Below, piece after piece: positions 38,501 to 46,600 of a DNA stretch of 64,000 nt. The stretch spans positions 4,340,001-4,404,000 of the forward strand of contig NC_043004.1 in NCBI RefSeq assembly GCF_006345805.1, written 5' to 3'. The number at the start of each line of letters is the position of its first letter. The stretch's first letter is position 1. The notes under the pieces are model-generated. The model was not told the origin of the DNA. It did not search any database and saw nothing but the letters and a program-made list of their open reading frames with translations. The stretch is from Octopus sinensis. Taxonomy: Eukaryota. Made by a program: the position numbers and the translations under genes.

Positions 38501-40161
38501 TCCTATTCTTATGAATCATCATTATCATTTATCATCTGTTTTCCATGCTAGCATGGGTTGGACAGTTCAATAGTAGCTGGTGAACCAGAGGACTACACCT
38601 AATTCCAATGTCTGCTTTCGCCTGGTTTCTACAGTTGGATGTGTATCATAGACAGAAATATCACCAGTGTAACAGGTCAGGAAATAGAAAGACAATACCA
38701 CATTGGCTAGGATAGTGTGTATCGGATATAAGTGTTTACGTGGATGTAAGAAATATCAGAAAGCAATATCTTTTCTTTTATAAACATAACAATTTATTTG
38801 TTGATGGTAAATCACACACATGTGGTAGTAGAAAAAAAACAAAACATTATTAAGTATTAAGTATTCAAGTTAAACAAGGAGTTGTTGGCAAGAAAATATG
38901 CTCAAGGTCACAAAATACAGATTAATTCTAAGTTAGTTAAATATCAGCGATGACACAAGAAAAAGGGAATGACATTTTCAAGCAATAACAATAACATGAA
39001 AATCTTCCTTTACCTCACTAATTTGACTGTTGGAAATATCAAAGATAGGTTCTGGATTATCTTCTGCCTATGAAAAGAAGAGATTTGCAGGTTACAAACA
39101 CCTATAAAAATTTTAATACATATACACACATTTTGATATTTAACTTGACCGAGTATTACAGTGGGTGAAGTATCAGACTAAACACTTTACAGAATTTAGT
39201 CCTTTACTCCTATGTACTGAGTTCAAATCCTTTTGGAATCAAATTTTGCTTTTCTGCACCCATGGCCAATAAAATAAGTACAAGATATTTTAGTACAGTG
39301 TCAGTTTAATGTAGAAATTTCAGGACTTGTTTATGCCAGCATAAAAAAATTGTTATTGAGGAACAATCTTCCTTTCTTATAATTGTTTCTAATAATCCAT
39401 ACATCTTCCCCACCTGCTATTCTTGAGGGTGTCATGGAAGTAGACTCCTTAGGCATCTCCACTGTAGGGTCCTGTCAGAAGCAACTGTCATTAGACCTTC
39501 TGGCTGGCTTCCAAAGCATGACCAACTGAAACGCTGGTTAGTATCCAAACACCTCATTCTTGATCTACCCTTATGTCTGTTGCTGGTTGGCTCACCTTGA
39601 AGAATCTGTCATACAATTCCTTCCCATGGCACTATAATCACCTGGCCACAGTATTGGAGCTATGACCTTTCAATGTGGAGCAATAGCAGCTTGCTCTAGA
39701 GAGACCTGCAGAGACTCTCTGATCTCCGAGCTTTGCAACTTGTCAAGTAATTTTGCTCTAGAGATCCTTTGGGAGAACCCCAATTCAGCCACTGGTCTTC
39801 ATGATCATACTCTTTCAGACATTACCCAACGTTCATGACCATAATGAAGACAGGCACGAAAACCAAAACCATTTAATTCTATTAGTTAAATGAACATCAC
39901 TGATAACAAGGTAAAAGGTCAAAGAAGTAAAGATAGCAAAGTGTCAAAAATACTCACTAAATGCATCTGATATTCGAACCGCCGCTTTGCTTCATCACTT
40001 TGCTTCCGGAAGAAAGACATCTTTTTATCAGTTGGGGAAGGAAGAGAGGATTTCGATTGTTTCCGAGAACTGCTTGAAGCACCTGTGTCAGTATCAAGGT
40101 CACTATCTGATGAAGAATTTTGCAAACGATCTGGTGCACATTTACTGCGTCTCTGGCCCAT
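1344..40161 (-). CDS. LRSAM1: E3 ubiquitin-protein ligase LRSAM1 (Tal) orthologue, spliced, 22 coding exons in window, 3' end outside window
   Basis: Exons joined by GT-AG sites translate in the order of human LRSAM1 as recalled: FFRK..E.K.R.EYQM.L N-terminus, LRRs, coiled coil, QKAAFEAL, YWL.QYQRL, SAM, PSAP, EC.IC RING start. Exon lengths sum to 2198 nt, 1 nt short of 733 codons (see exon 6 finding). Confidence 0.95.
4320..4409 (-). CDS. LRSAM1: LRSAM1 coding exon 21 (SAM C-terminal helix)
   Basis: MGVHELGVRRAIMVRLQEHQSTKKVDMLPP; ctttcaacag| ... |GTAAGT; 90 nt. Confidence 0.92.
5098..5229 (-). CDS. LRSAM1: LRSAM1 coding exon 20 (SAM domain)
   Basis: EWLLEIPVLKILEQAGAQDYIPLFSRHRITSETLCNMTEDDLKQ; ttttctag| ... 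|GTTGGT; 132 nt. Confidence 0.94.
5626..5724 (-). CDS. LRSAM1: LRSAM1 coding exon 19
   Basis: IEMEEQRLQDQTDYWLVQYQRLMDRKPQALIDQ (cf. ENYWLIQYQRLLNQKP); catttctag| ... |GTAAGT; 99 nt. Confidence 0.95.
8921..9016 (-). CDS. LRSAM1: LRSAM1 coding exon 18
   Basis: NILADKRIALTGMLMQLIAERDKREEQLKMRL; ctcttacag| ... |GTGAGT; 96 nt. Confidence 0.92.
9383..9845 (+). mobile_element. RTE 3'-UTR-only copy with ~60-bp internal tandem units (representative of >25 copies)
   Basis: Shared core ggagtggttggcgttaggaagggcatccagctgtagaaa...ccaacccatgc...taaatgatgatgat; other copies e.g. 3510-3715, 6700-6960, 12530-12715, 13785-14150, 28755-29135, 31925-32255, 32590-32755, 37350-37640, 37680-37885, 46060-46320, 55640-55820, 62700-62885. 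Confidence 0.85.
9850..10140 (-). mobile_element. RTE/Expander-like LINE 3' fragment
   Basis: LCIEKSQLWYYGHVVRMHQERIAKWIFEAKSTSWRPRCRPRARWLD; related degenerate piece at 39400-39880 (-). Confidence 0.7.
10221..10376 (-). CDS. LRSAM1: LRSAM1 coding exon 17
   Basis: EELQKAAFEALLMQKDSRHSRVSSQISLIEKELAQLTAIEIERKELRIDMEK (cf. QKAAFEALQVKKD...QIKLIETELLQLT); 156 nt, phase 0-0. Confidence 0.95.
10484..10703. mobile_element. piggyBac-like MITE with TTAA target duplication
   Basis: TTAA|CCCTTTCGTTAC ... GTAATGAAAGGG|TTAA, 220 bp. Confidence 0.85.
11797..11881 (-). CDS. LRSAM1: LRSAM1 coding exon 16
   Basis: (K)EMNSTVLNDILQSKSAEQDEMFKVLTQQ; poly-T atccccag| ... |GTTTGT; 85 nt, phase 2-0. Confidence 0.85.
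12092..12191 (-). CDS. LRSAM1: LRSAM1 coding exon 15
   Basis: (N)RMEEILNSSAFLETCRRKHDADKKHAARNALE; ttcctttaaag| ... |GTAAAT; 100 nt, phase 1-2 fits both neighbours. Confidence 0.83.
14235..15075 (+). mobile_element. RTE-clade LINE 3' fragment with 3' UTR and (GAT)n tail
   Basis: ARIRMGWEKFRKIL...LHGSETWAVT...LRWMCNV...WYGHVIRM...RGRSRKTW; 25-nt tandem repeats at ~14775-14885; tail tgaatgatgacaatgatgat. Confidence 0.85.
15428..15742 (+). mobile_element. tRNA-derived SINE family D (V/CORE-like ccttgagcaa.acacttt segment)
   Basis: A box TGGCTTAGTGG, B box GAGTTCAATT; copies 2970-3210(-), 40975-41330(+), 55845-56080(-), 60740-61195(-). Confidence 0.75.
15914..15984 (-). CDS. LRSAM1: LRSAM1 coding exon 14
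   Basis: (K)DEQDQYYIVRYEEIANLRRKEVL (cf. EETESLRRRDVA); gtgttgtag| ... |GTAAGT; 71 nt, phase 2-1. Confidence 0.88.
17696..17914. mobile_element. piggyBac-like MITE (second family)
   Basis: CCCTTTAGCATTCAGA ... AAATGTTAAAGAG|TTAA; homologous copy at 43427-43652. Confidence 0.7.
18317..18413 (-). CDS. LRSAM1: LRSAM1 coding exon 13 (coiled coil)
   Basis: (I)EERTNRLLNNLMQMNEKARKQEELMEAIEKE; gtgttccag| ... |GTAAGT; 97 nt, phase 1-2. Confidence 0.88.
18620..19050 (+). mobile_element. RTE LINE reverse-transcriptase fragment
   Basis: YKGRGDVSERGNYREIKIL...QFSLM...TTKDAIF.VRQQQEKY...FVDLVKAFD. Confidence 0.8.
19076..19163 (-). CDS. LRSAM1: LRSAM1 coding exon 12 (coiled coil)
   Basis: EQIKLNEDLAELSNKKELDRQNLVTCLED; ctccttcaag| ... 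|GTAAGT; 88 nt, phase 0-1. Confidence 0.87.
19587..20004 (+). mobile_element. SINE family A copy in LRSAM1 intron 11
   Basis: Full head-to-tail match to family A; ends ~37 nt from the exon 11 donor. Confidence 0.85.
20042..20164 (-). CDS. LRSAM1: LRSAM1 coding exon 11 (coiled coil)
   Basis: EKKRQERMAFNRQYEEDEKKYAKMAASALKEKDHLVSTIAQ; tttgctacag| ... |GTAGGT; 123 nt. Confidence 0.87.
20374..21655 (-). mobile_element. Full-length, inactive mariner (DD34D) transposon
   Basis: Imperfect TIRs TTGGGTCATACCATAAG / TTTATGGGACGACCTAA, TA on both flanks, 1282 bp. Confidence 0.9.
20450..21471 (-). pseudogene. Mariner transposase pseudogene
   Basis: MEVTKEHIQHILLYEF...WVPYKL...VTGDEK...DNAQPH...HPLYSLDIAPSDYHL...EGEYILD*, with several in-frame stops. 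Confidence 0.9.
21985..22050 (+). mobile_element. hAT (Charlie-like) left terminus fragment
   Basis: CAGGGCTAGCCAACCTGAGGCCTGCG...GCGGCCCGC resembles Charlie-type termini. Confidence 0.45.
22331..23129 (+). mobile_element. hAT transposon 3' fragment
   Basis: LFIKFNTANPSSAAVERLLSVGKDILRVKR, then after a frameshift ENFDMLIFMKSN (hAT C-terminal dimerisation domain); subterminal repeats; ends TGCCCACCTTTG (TIR-like). Confidence 0.8.
23335..23364 (-). CDS. LRSAM1: LRSAM1 coding exon 10 (30-nt small exon)
   Basis: QDIEKYANLQ; strong sites tttcttttacttacag| ... |GTGAGT; phase 0-0; weak protein similarity. Confidence 0.75.
23863..24110. mobile_element. Degenerate family 1 HHR element (minus, 23863-24055) plus short inverted 3' segment (plus, 24056-24110)
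   Basis: Same body as 42001-42200; core CTGATGA kept but GAAAC changed to AAAAC; inverted piece starts at AACGTTGTGTT. Confidence 0.75.
24410..24543 (-). CDS. LRSAM1: LRSAM1 coding exon 9
   Basis: (E)SGEEYIPPSQFLLQVLDSSEKKHQMSSTFSDHSVKLLQEDALMM (cf. ESGLEYYPPSQYLL); tttcatcag| ... |GTCAGT; 134 nt, phase 1-0. Confidence 0.88.
25193..25240 (-). CDS. LRSAM1: LRSAM1 coding exon 8
   Basis: (E)VCSQGTEAIMKFLCS (cf. EVCGAGTAAILQFLCK); ttttacag| ... |GTGAGA; 48 nt, phase 1-1. Confidence 0.92.
25466..25590 (+). repeat. (AAT)n/(ACT)n compound microsatellite
   Basis: Direct reading. Confidence 0.95.
25591..26148. mobile_element. Unclassified ~560-bp insertion flanked by (AAT)n on both sides
   Basis: Complex non-coding sequence cleanly bounded by (AAT)n; single copy in the window; resembles a recalled Octopus repeat (unverified). 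Confidence 0.5.
26163..26288 (+). repeat. (GAA)42 microsatellite
   Basis: 126 bp of uninterrupted GAA, followed by (GGT)n/(GAT)n. Confidence 0.97.
26457..26621 (-). CDS. LRSAM1: LRSAM1 coding exon 7 (LRR)
   Basis: (G)NKLKEIPTSLCNLSSLRTLDLSNNQLTNLPTELWKLRALENLLVDAANMVHPPA; tattgcag| ... |GTAAGA; 165 nt, phase 1-1. Confidence 0.93.
26835..27217 (-). mobile_element. SINE family A copy in LRSAM1 intron 6
   Basis: Full-length match to family A in reverse orientation. Confidence 0.88.
27675..27758 (-). CDS. LRSAM1: LRSAM1 coding exon 6 (LRR); 84 nt, 1 nt short of joining exon 7 in frame
   Basis: VLNLEGNKLKKIPESIGNLKFLQSLNLK; ctcttctag| ... AAG|GTAATT; ends phase 0 while exon 7 begins phase 1. 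Confidence 0.9.
30082..30150 (-). CDS. LRSAM1: LRSAM1 coding exon 5 (LRR)
   Basis: VLDAHNNSIKHLPENIDQVRSLQ; tactcccag| ... |GTAAAT; 69 nt. Confidence 0.92.
32881..32958 (-). CDS. LRSAM1: LRSAM1 coding exon 4 (LRR)
   Basis: ILLLHDNWLTSLKAGDCGMSDLVKIR; cacttcag| ... |GTAAGT; 78 nt. Confidence 0.92.
34985..35330 (+). mobile_element. CR1/L2-type LINE 3' fragment
   Basis: RHFFTFRVAEAWNKLPASVVS motif; tail gtagtgcacctgagcact, interrupted by a SINE at 35337; similar tail at 15770-15865. Confidence 0.75.
35950..35994 (-). CDS. LRSAM1: LRSAM1 coding exon 3
   Basis: IPSNVFSLCKVLNKE (cf. IPFGAFATCKVLQKK); tatttccag| ... |GTAAGA; 45 nt. Confidence 0.9.
36182..36570 (+). repeat. Purine-rich (GA) low-complexity tract
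   Basis: Almost only G/A on the + strand; a similar tract at 50640-50935. Confidence 0.9.
39014..39067 (-). CDS. LRSAM1: LRSAM1 coding exon 2
   Basis: AEDNPEPIFDISNSQISE (cf. human AKEAGADDILDISKCELSE); ttttcatag| ... |GTAAAG; 54 nt, phase 0-0. Confidence 0.88.
39958..40161 (-). CDS. LRSAM1: LRSAM1 coding exon 1 (start codon)
   Basis: MGQRRSKC...KKMSFFRKQSDEAKRRFEYQMHL; acceptor ttttacgcag| (exon starts 40176), in-frame TGA just upstream of ATG, donor GTGAGT; phase 0. Confidence 0.9.
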
Positions 40162-40612
40162 ACTCTTTCACAGCAACTGCGTAAAAGACATGTAAAAAAT
40201 AAATACACTAAAATAACATTGAGATACACTAAACTAATTACTCAATGTAAATGATTGGCTTAAAAGAATGCCTTTGGTTAAAAAAAAAACCCAAAAGACA
40301 ACAAAACAATTAATGTATCTTGGGAACAGGATTTCTTTCATTTCTTTTAGTTGTTTCAGTCGTTGGACTGTGGCCATGCTGGAGCACCACCTTGAATAGT
40401 TTTGTCAAAAAAAAAAAAAGCCTGATACTTATGCTATCAGTCACATTTGCTGAACAGCTAAATTATAGGGATATAAATAAGCCAACAGCAAGTGTCAAGT
40501 GGTGGAGCAGTGAGAGGACAAACACACACATGGACATCTATCTATCTCTATATATATTATATATAACAAAGTAAAGTTGTAAGGTACCGCACAAGTGGGA
40601 ATATATATGCAA

Positions 40613-40883
40613 GAAGGTTTGAAAATGCAATTTTAAAGATGTTTATTGACTTGACCGGTTTCAATTTTTTAGAAAAAGATCGTCAAAAGTAAAATGTAAA
40701 GCTTTGTATGATCTTTGTTGTGTTAAGTACTGGTTATCACAAAAGTATCAAAATACGGTTATACATTCTTTGATAATAATAATAAAATACAAAGCTTTAC
40801 ATTTTACTTTTGACAATCTTTTTCTCAAAAAGTGAAACCAATCAAGTCAATAAACATCTTTAAAATTGAATTTTCAAACCTTC
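40613..40883. mobile_element. Inverted repeat (arms 40613-40709 and 40787-40883) with degenerate HHR-like motif in each arm (family 2)
   Basis: Arms are reverse complements; left arm on minus reads ACTT-TTGACGA-TCTTTTTCTAAAAAATT-GAAAC-CG-GTC-AAGT-CAATAAA. Confidence 0.7.
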
Positions 40884-42000
40884 CTTCTTTCCTTCTTTCT
40901 TTCTTTCATTCATTCATTCATACATACATACATTACATACATACATACATTCATACATACATGGATGTATATATGATAGGTGCATAGTTCAGTGCTTAGA
41001 ACATTGGGTTTACAATCACAAGGTAGTGAGTTCAATTCCTGGACCAGGTTGTGAGTTGTGCTCTTGAACAAGACACTTTATTTCATGTTGCTCCACTTCA
41101 CTCAGCTGCAGGAATGAGTTGTGACTTCACCAGTGCCAAGCTGAATCAGCATTTGCCTTTCCCCTGGATAACATTGGTGGCATGGAGAGGGTAAGGCCGG
41201 GTTGCATGGGCAATTGCTGGTTTTCCATAAACAACCTTGCCTGGATTTGTACATCGGTGGGGAACTTTCTAGGTGCAATCCTATGTTCATTCATGACTGA
41301 AGAGGGGAGGAGGGGTCTTTACTCTTTACCCCATATGATAGGCTTCCACACAGTTTCCATCTACCAAATTCACTCATCATAAGTCATCAGTCAGCCTAGG
41401 GCTACAACAGAAGACACTAGCTCAAGGTGCCACATAGTAAGACTGAACCTGAAACAACATGGTTACAAAGCAAACTTCTTAATGACACAGCCATGCCTGC
41501 ACCTACAATAGTCATGAACACATTTTTATGTAATTGGAATAGTTGTGACCAATGAACCAAATGTTATATATTTTACCTGAATCCCAGGTGTGGCATATAA
41601 GCACATTGCTGTCATACAAAAGACATACAAATGTGTTTATAAACTTCCTTTTAGTATAGATGTAGTAAACAAGTAGCATTACATAACTTGTGAAATTACT
41701 GAATAAGGAGGACTTTCCATCAGTGTGATGAGATTTTGTTAATAGAGTAACTACAACGTATAAATAACTGCAGCAGGCCTTGACCTTATGTGGCTTGTCT
41801 TGGCTTGACTTAATGAGAAAAAAAAACGCCAGTAGGAAGTAGCTAAAGATAACAGTAGATAAGGGACTGAATTAACTGATAGACAGCAAGCCAAGAGTTA
41901 ATTACTAGATGACCTCTTTTACAAACAGTGACAAGTGATATAGTATATAGTTTCTTGCTTCAAGTAATTTCTCTGATAGCTTCTAGAAGGAAAATAAATC

Positions 42001-42284
42001 ATACGTTCTATATTTAAGAGATGAGGAATTATGTACATTATTTACATTCAACGGATATTTTGTCCTCATCTTGTTTGTTGTTAACACAACGTTTCGGCTG
42101 ATATACTCTCCAGCCTTCATCAGGTGTCTTGGGGAAATTTCGAACCTGGGTTCTCATTCCTAACGTATTTTTCGATGTTATCATCATTATATTATTATTA
42201 TTATTATTGTTAAGGTCACTGCTTGGAATTGAACTCGGAATCTTAGGGTTAGTATCCCGTGCTCTTAACAACTATGCCATATGC
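42001..42284 (-). mobile_element. tRNA-headed SINE/retrozyme-like element carrying the family 1 HHR
   Basis: Minus strand: A-box-like TGGCATAGTTGTTAAG, B-box-like GAGTTCAATTCC, (AAT)n linker, HHR in the same sense, tail ...CTCATCTCTTAAATATAGAAC also seen in the copy at 23863. Confidence 0.7.
42083..42128 (-). ncRNA. Minimal type I hammerhead ribozyme motif (family 1), intact
   Basis: Minus strand GACAC-CUGAUGA-A-GGCUG(GAGAGUAUAU)CAGCC-GAAAC-GUU-GUGUU: stem I GACAC/GUGUU, 5-bp stem II, palindromic AACGUU in place of a stem III loop. Confidence 0.8.
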
Positions 42285-42394
42285 GTTCAATTCCAAGTAG
42301 TGACCTGGACAATAACAATAACAACAACAACAACAATAATAATAACATCGAAAAATACCTTAGGAATGAGAACCCAGGTTCGAAATTTTCCCAA

Positions 42395-42440
42395 GACACC
42401 TGAAGAAGGCCGGAGGGTATATCAGCCGAAACGTTGTGTT
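42395..42440 (+). ncRNA. Minimal type I hammerhead ribozyme motif (family 1), inverted partner
   Basis: GACAC-CUGAAGA-A-GGCCG(GAGGGUAUAU)CAGCC-GAAAC-GUU-GUGUU; one C.A mismatch in stem II. Confidence 0.75.
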
Positions 42441-43426
42441 AACAACAAACAAGATGAGGACAAATATCCATTGAATGTAAATAATGTAAATAATGAAAAT
42501 AAATCATGTTCACCATTTTCATGCCAGTTTTTAGCACTGGATTTTCCCACTCCTATTTATGAAAGCTTCATGCTACCACAGTTGATTAAGCACCTAATCA
42601 GTCCTAACTGAACAGATCTATGATCAATCTAGCCTTGACCATCTTGTCTCTTGATTTCTTGTTGGCCCACGCCTCACACAATGTCTTCAAAAGGTACCAA
42701 CCAAAGAATATTCATCGAAGATACTGGGCCCCACAGAATTTTGTATAAATATTACACTGACTCCTCCAACAAGGCCCTCAATCAATTTTCCTTACCTTAT
42801 TTAAGAAAAAAAAGGAAAGAAAATGGCTCCAATCCACTTGGGAGAAGTCAACCTGCAAAAGATTGGCAATGTATGTATGGGGTTAAGGAAATTTAATCAC
42901 TCAGCCACTCAATACAATGAATATCAAGACAACCAGTGAGCATGGCCTTCTGAGGCCCTTCAGACCGGCGGTGATTGTGGTGGTGGTGGCGGTGGCAGTG
43001 AGGTTATGAGAGTCATCATCACAATAACTGAATAGTCAATTTAGTTGATATTAAATTAAAGATACAGGTGAAAAATAAGCAAAAAAAACCAAAAAAACCC
43101 AGAAATATTCAAACCTGGAAAGCTAGGATTGAAGAGCGTTTACTCTGGAGTGACGTAAGTGATCAATGTATTGATTCTGTTTAAGGTGAAATTGATAAAC
43201 TCATGGCAGTAGAGGTCATTTTAGCTACAGTAGAAGCAGCAGATGGAAGAGCTAATAATCAGGTGGGCATTCTCCATCTGCCCTTTCTGCTGGAAATACC
43301 TAATGGACTATGACTTCCCAAGCTGTTTCGACGTGGAACCATTTCACAATTTTCCAAAGATTATGGAAAAACCATGCCTATATTTTATGGAAAACACTAC
43401 TACTCTAATTTTAATAATTGCTGTAA

Positions 43427-43652
43427 TCCTTTAGCCTTCAGGTTACTCTGTCAAATGTAAATACTTATTTATCCACATTGTTTTGAATTAATTGTGCATA
43501 TGTTATCTTGTAACTTTGAGATTTTGGTGATGTGATTGTGTACTTTTAGACTGACATTGTAAGGTAGGTGGGAGAGGTTGGATCTGATCAATTTGAGCAT
43601 AAAAACAAGTAGAATATTTGGACTGGATATGACTGGTTTAAATTCTAATGGG
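43427..43652. mobile_element. piggyBac-like MITE (second family)
   Basis: Colinear with 17696-17914; ends CTAATGGG|TTAA. Confidence 0.7.
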
Positions 43653-46600
43653 TTAAAGAGAAAATTTATTTACATAAAAAGACATATGATAACATTATTT
43701 TGACAATGGTGAATATGAATTTCTTACAAAATAAATTTTTATTAAATTTCAGTAAAGTCTGAATTTTTTTATGGAATCCATTTTGGGAAACACTATACCA
43801 GTCTATTAGTTGTTCCATCTGCATGTTCTTCTGAAACTAAAATGACCTCTACTTCGCTGTTTAGGTAAGGGCTTTTTTTTTTTTTGATGAATTTGAATAT
43901 GTGTGTATGAAGTAGGTGCATTACTTCCAACAATTAATCATGCAAATTTACTATTTTTTTCAGAGTCACTCAACAAATGTAAGCATCTAAATATGTACAA
44001 AAAACAAATAAGCACTGTTCATGTTGGGAATTATAAAACAGCAGAAGACTACAATAACAGCAACAACAACAACACATCAAACAAAGTATTGTTAGGTAGT
44101 CACTAATTGTAACAACAAAAACCAACACGGCAGGAAAGAAATTAATAGTTAAGAAAAATTATTCAGTTTCTCCTTTTGTTTTTATTTACCATTTAGTTAG
44201 GAAAAGGACAACAGCTCTGAAGCCTTTATTTAAAATTTTTTTTAGGCCCTCCATGATAAGAAGGATGAACGTAGTCAGCTATCATCAAACTGGACACTTG
44301 GCCTAAATTCTTGCAGTGGAGAGAACTCTGCTAAAAGCACATAAAAGGACCCAAAGTGGTAATATTAAATTCACAGAGGGATTAAACTAAAAACTCAAAA
44401 TAAATACCACGATGCATCCTATCTAACAATTCCACTTATCCACTGCCCTGGATTTGGAGGGACTTTATTTTATTAAACTCATAAAGACAAATGGCAAATG
44501 TATGCATCTGTATATTAGATTTCTGTTAGCTCCAACAAGTGTGACTGATTGAGTGGTTTGGTAAATAAGGGCTGACATGGGACTCAGCAACAACCTATAA
44601 TAGAGCTTAGTTGAAGCTATGATAGCCCCTGGATTTGAACCCAGAATTGTCAGGTAACTAGCAACATATCAATTAACTAGTAAAAATCACCAGTGAACTG
44701 TTTCTTATGCTTTATAAATAATTTTTGTTATGTAGACCAAGGTTAGAAATGGCACTGCCTATGGTCAAATGTCACTCAAATACCTCACCTTCAAATTGCT
44801 GGACCAGTTCCTTTCTTCTAAAGGTACAAGGCCTGAAATTTGAGGAGAGGGGACTAGTTGATTATATTGAGCCCAGTGTTTCACTGGTACTTAATTTATC
44901 GACTCCAAAAGGATGAAAGGCAAAGTCAATCTTGGCAGAATTTGAACTTGCTGGACTGGTTCCTTATCCGTTCAGACATTAAGATTATAATGTAAGCCAA
45001 CAAGAACAAAAGCATTTTAAACAAAACAACAATTTCTGGGAGGCTTTATTTTTATTGTAAGCAATATTCTGGAACAGACAATTGCTGACACAATGACTAC
45101 AACAGTTATACCAATTAAATTTTATAGTGAAACATCTGAGAGGAGGACAGCACTTTCATTATTGTGACAGAAATTACATGGAAAGTCCTAATTCTGAAAG
45201 CTTTCATAAGAAACGTATTAACATTCAACTATTCATTAGATGTTTGTGGTCAATTAAGAAATGGTAATTAGAAATAAATGGTAACTAAGTTGTTTTTTAC
45301 AGTAGAGAGAAATCGTCATTCATTAAGAACTGTAACTTAGTAACACAATCTGCATGAAAAAACAAATGGTCAAGTTATTGTAAACACATTTAATATGTGC
45401 AGTATAAAAATTTTAACAATAAATTAAGTACTATTTTTTATGTTGATAGCATATCTGAATTATTCTCCACACAATTCTGTATATTTTTATGTTAATCATT
45501 GTACAATATGGTATGTTTATTTAGTGACACATCAGTAGCAAGCAGCATATAATGCCCCATATTCCATGCTAGCATGGCTTGGACAATACGACAGAGAGCT
45601 ATGCTGAGCTCCGATGTCTGTTTTGCCATGGTTTTTACACCTGGATGTCCTTCCTAACACCAGCCACTTTACAAAGTGCACTGAGTGCTTTTCATGTGGT
45701 GCCTGCACAAGTGAGGTCACCAAGTACTCACAAGAGAAGACCCCACCCACACTCAGTTGAGAGGGGTATAGTAATGAGGGATGTGAAAGTATGATAGCAC
45801 AGGAGCAGGTGTCTTGCTGAAGAAGTGAATACATAGCTTCCTCAGCTAGAGAGAGAGAGAGAGGGGGGAGGAGAGAAGGAAATGAGAGTGTACCTTCGAG
45901 GTACAAGATGAATATGAGAGAGAGAGAATAGAGAGGAACAGGTAAGTTGGATGGGTAGGTAAGTACACTCGAGTGTGACAAATCATCATATAACCAACTG
46001 GTACTCTGTTGGTTACAACAACGAAGGTCCCAGTTGATACAATAAAAGGAACAGCTAGCTTGCAAAATTAATGTGTAAGTGGCATTTGGGGGGGCATCCA
46101 ACTGTAAAAACCATGCCAAAACTGACCTCGCTCGTGCTGGTGCCATGTAAAAAGCACTCAGTGGTGTGTGTTAGGAAGGGCATCCAGCCATAAAAATCTG
46201 GCCAAAACAGACACAGTAGCCTGGGACAGTCTCCTATCTGGCCAGCTCCTGTCAACCACCCTACCTATGCATGCATAGAAGATGGATGTTAAATGATGAT
46301 GATGATGATGATGATGATTATCATCATCATTTAACAACCGTTTTCCATGCTATGGTTTGACAAAACCAGAAGCTCTTATGTCTGCTGTGGCATGGTTTCT
46401 ACAGCTGGATGGCCTTCCTAAAGCTGATTACTTCAAAGAATGCACTAGATGCTTTTTATGAGGCACCAGCTCCAGTGAACTCACCAAGTAAGTTGCAAGA
46501 CAATTCCCCTCAACTATTGAGGGAGGTTAAGAAATGTATTGGCATCTTGCAGAAGAGGAGATACATGGAACAGAAAGAAGATAGTGGCGAAGAGATGTCA

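Noticed and set aside
42235-42284. Possible tRNA gene (also SINE heads at 62919, 15428, 50093)
   Set aside because: No complete cloverleaf or acceptor stem; these are tRNA-derived SINE heads
42129-42611. 160-aa ORF across the palindrome
   Set aside because: Chance read-through of two inverted repeat copies and an (ATT)n/(AAC)n microsatellite
42620-43420. Unique-looking segments with short ORFs (also 31500-31800, 44220-44480)
   Set aside because: No recognisable protein motif or splice-compatible exon; probably old TE debris
45532-46146. 204-aa minus-strand ORF (also 12443-12970 and 50502-50999)
   Set aside because: Composed of RTE 3' UTR copies and low-complexity sequence; no recognisable domain
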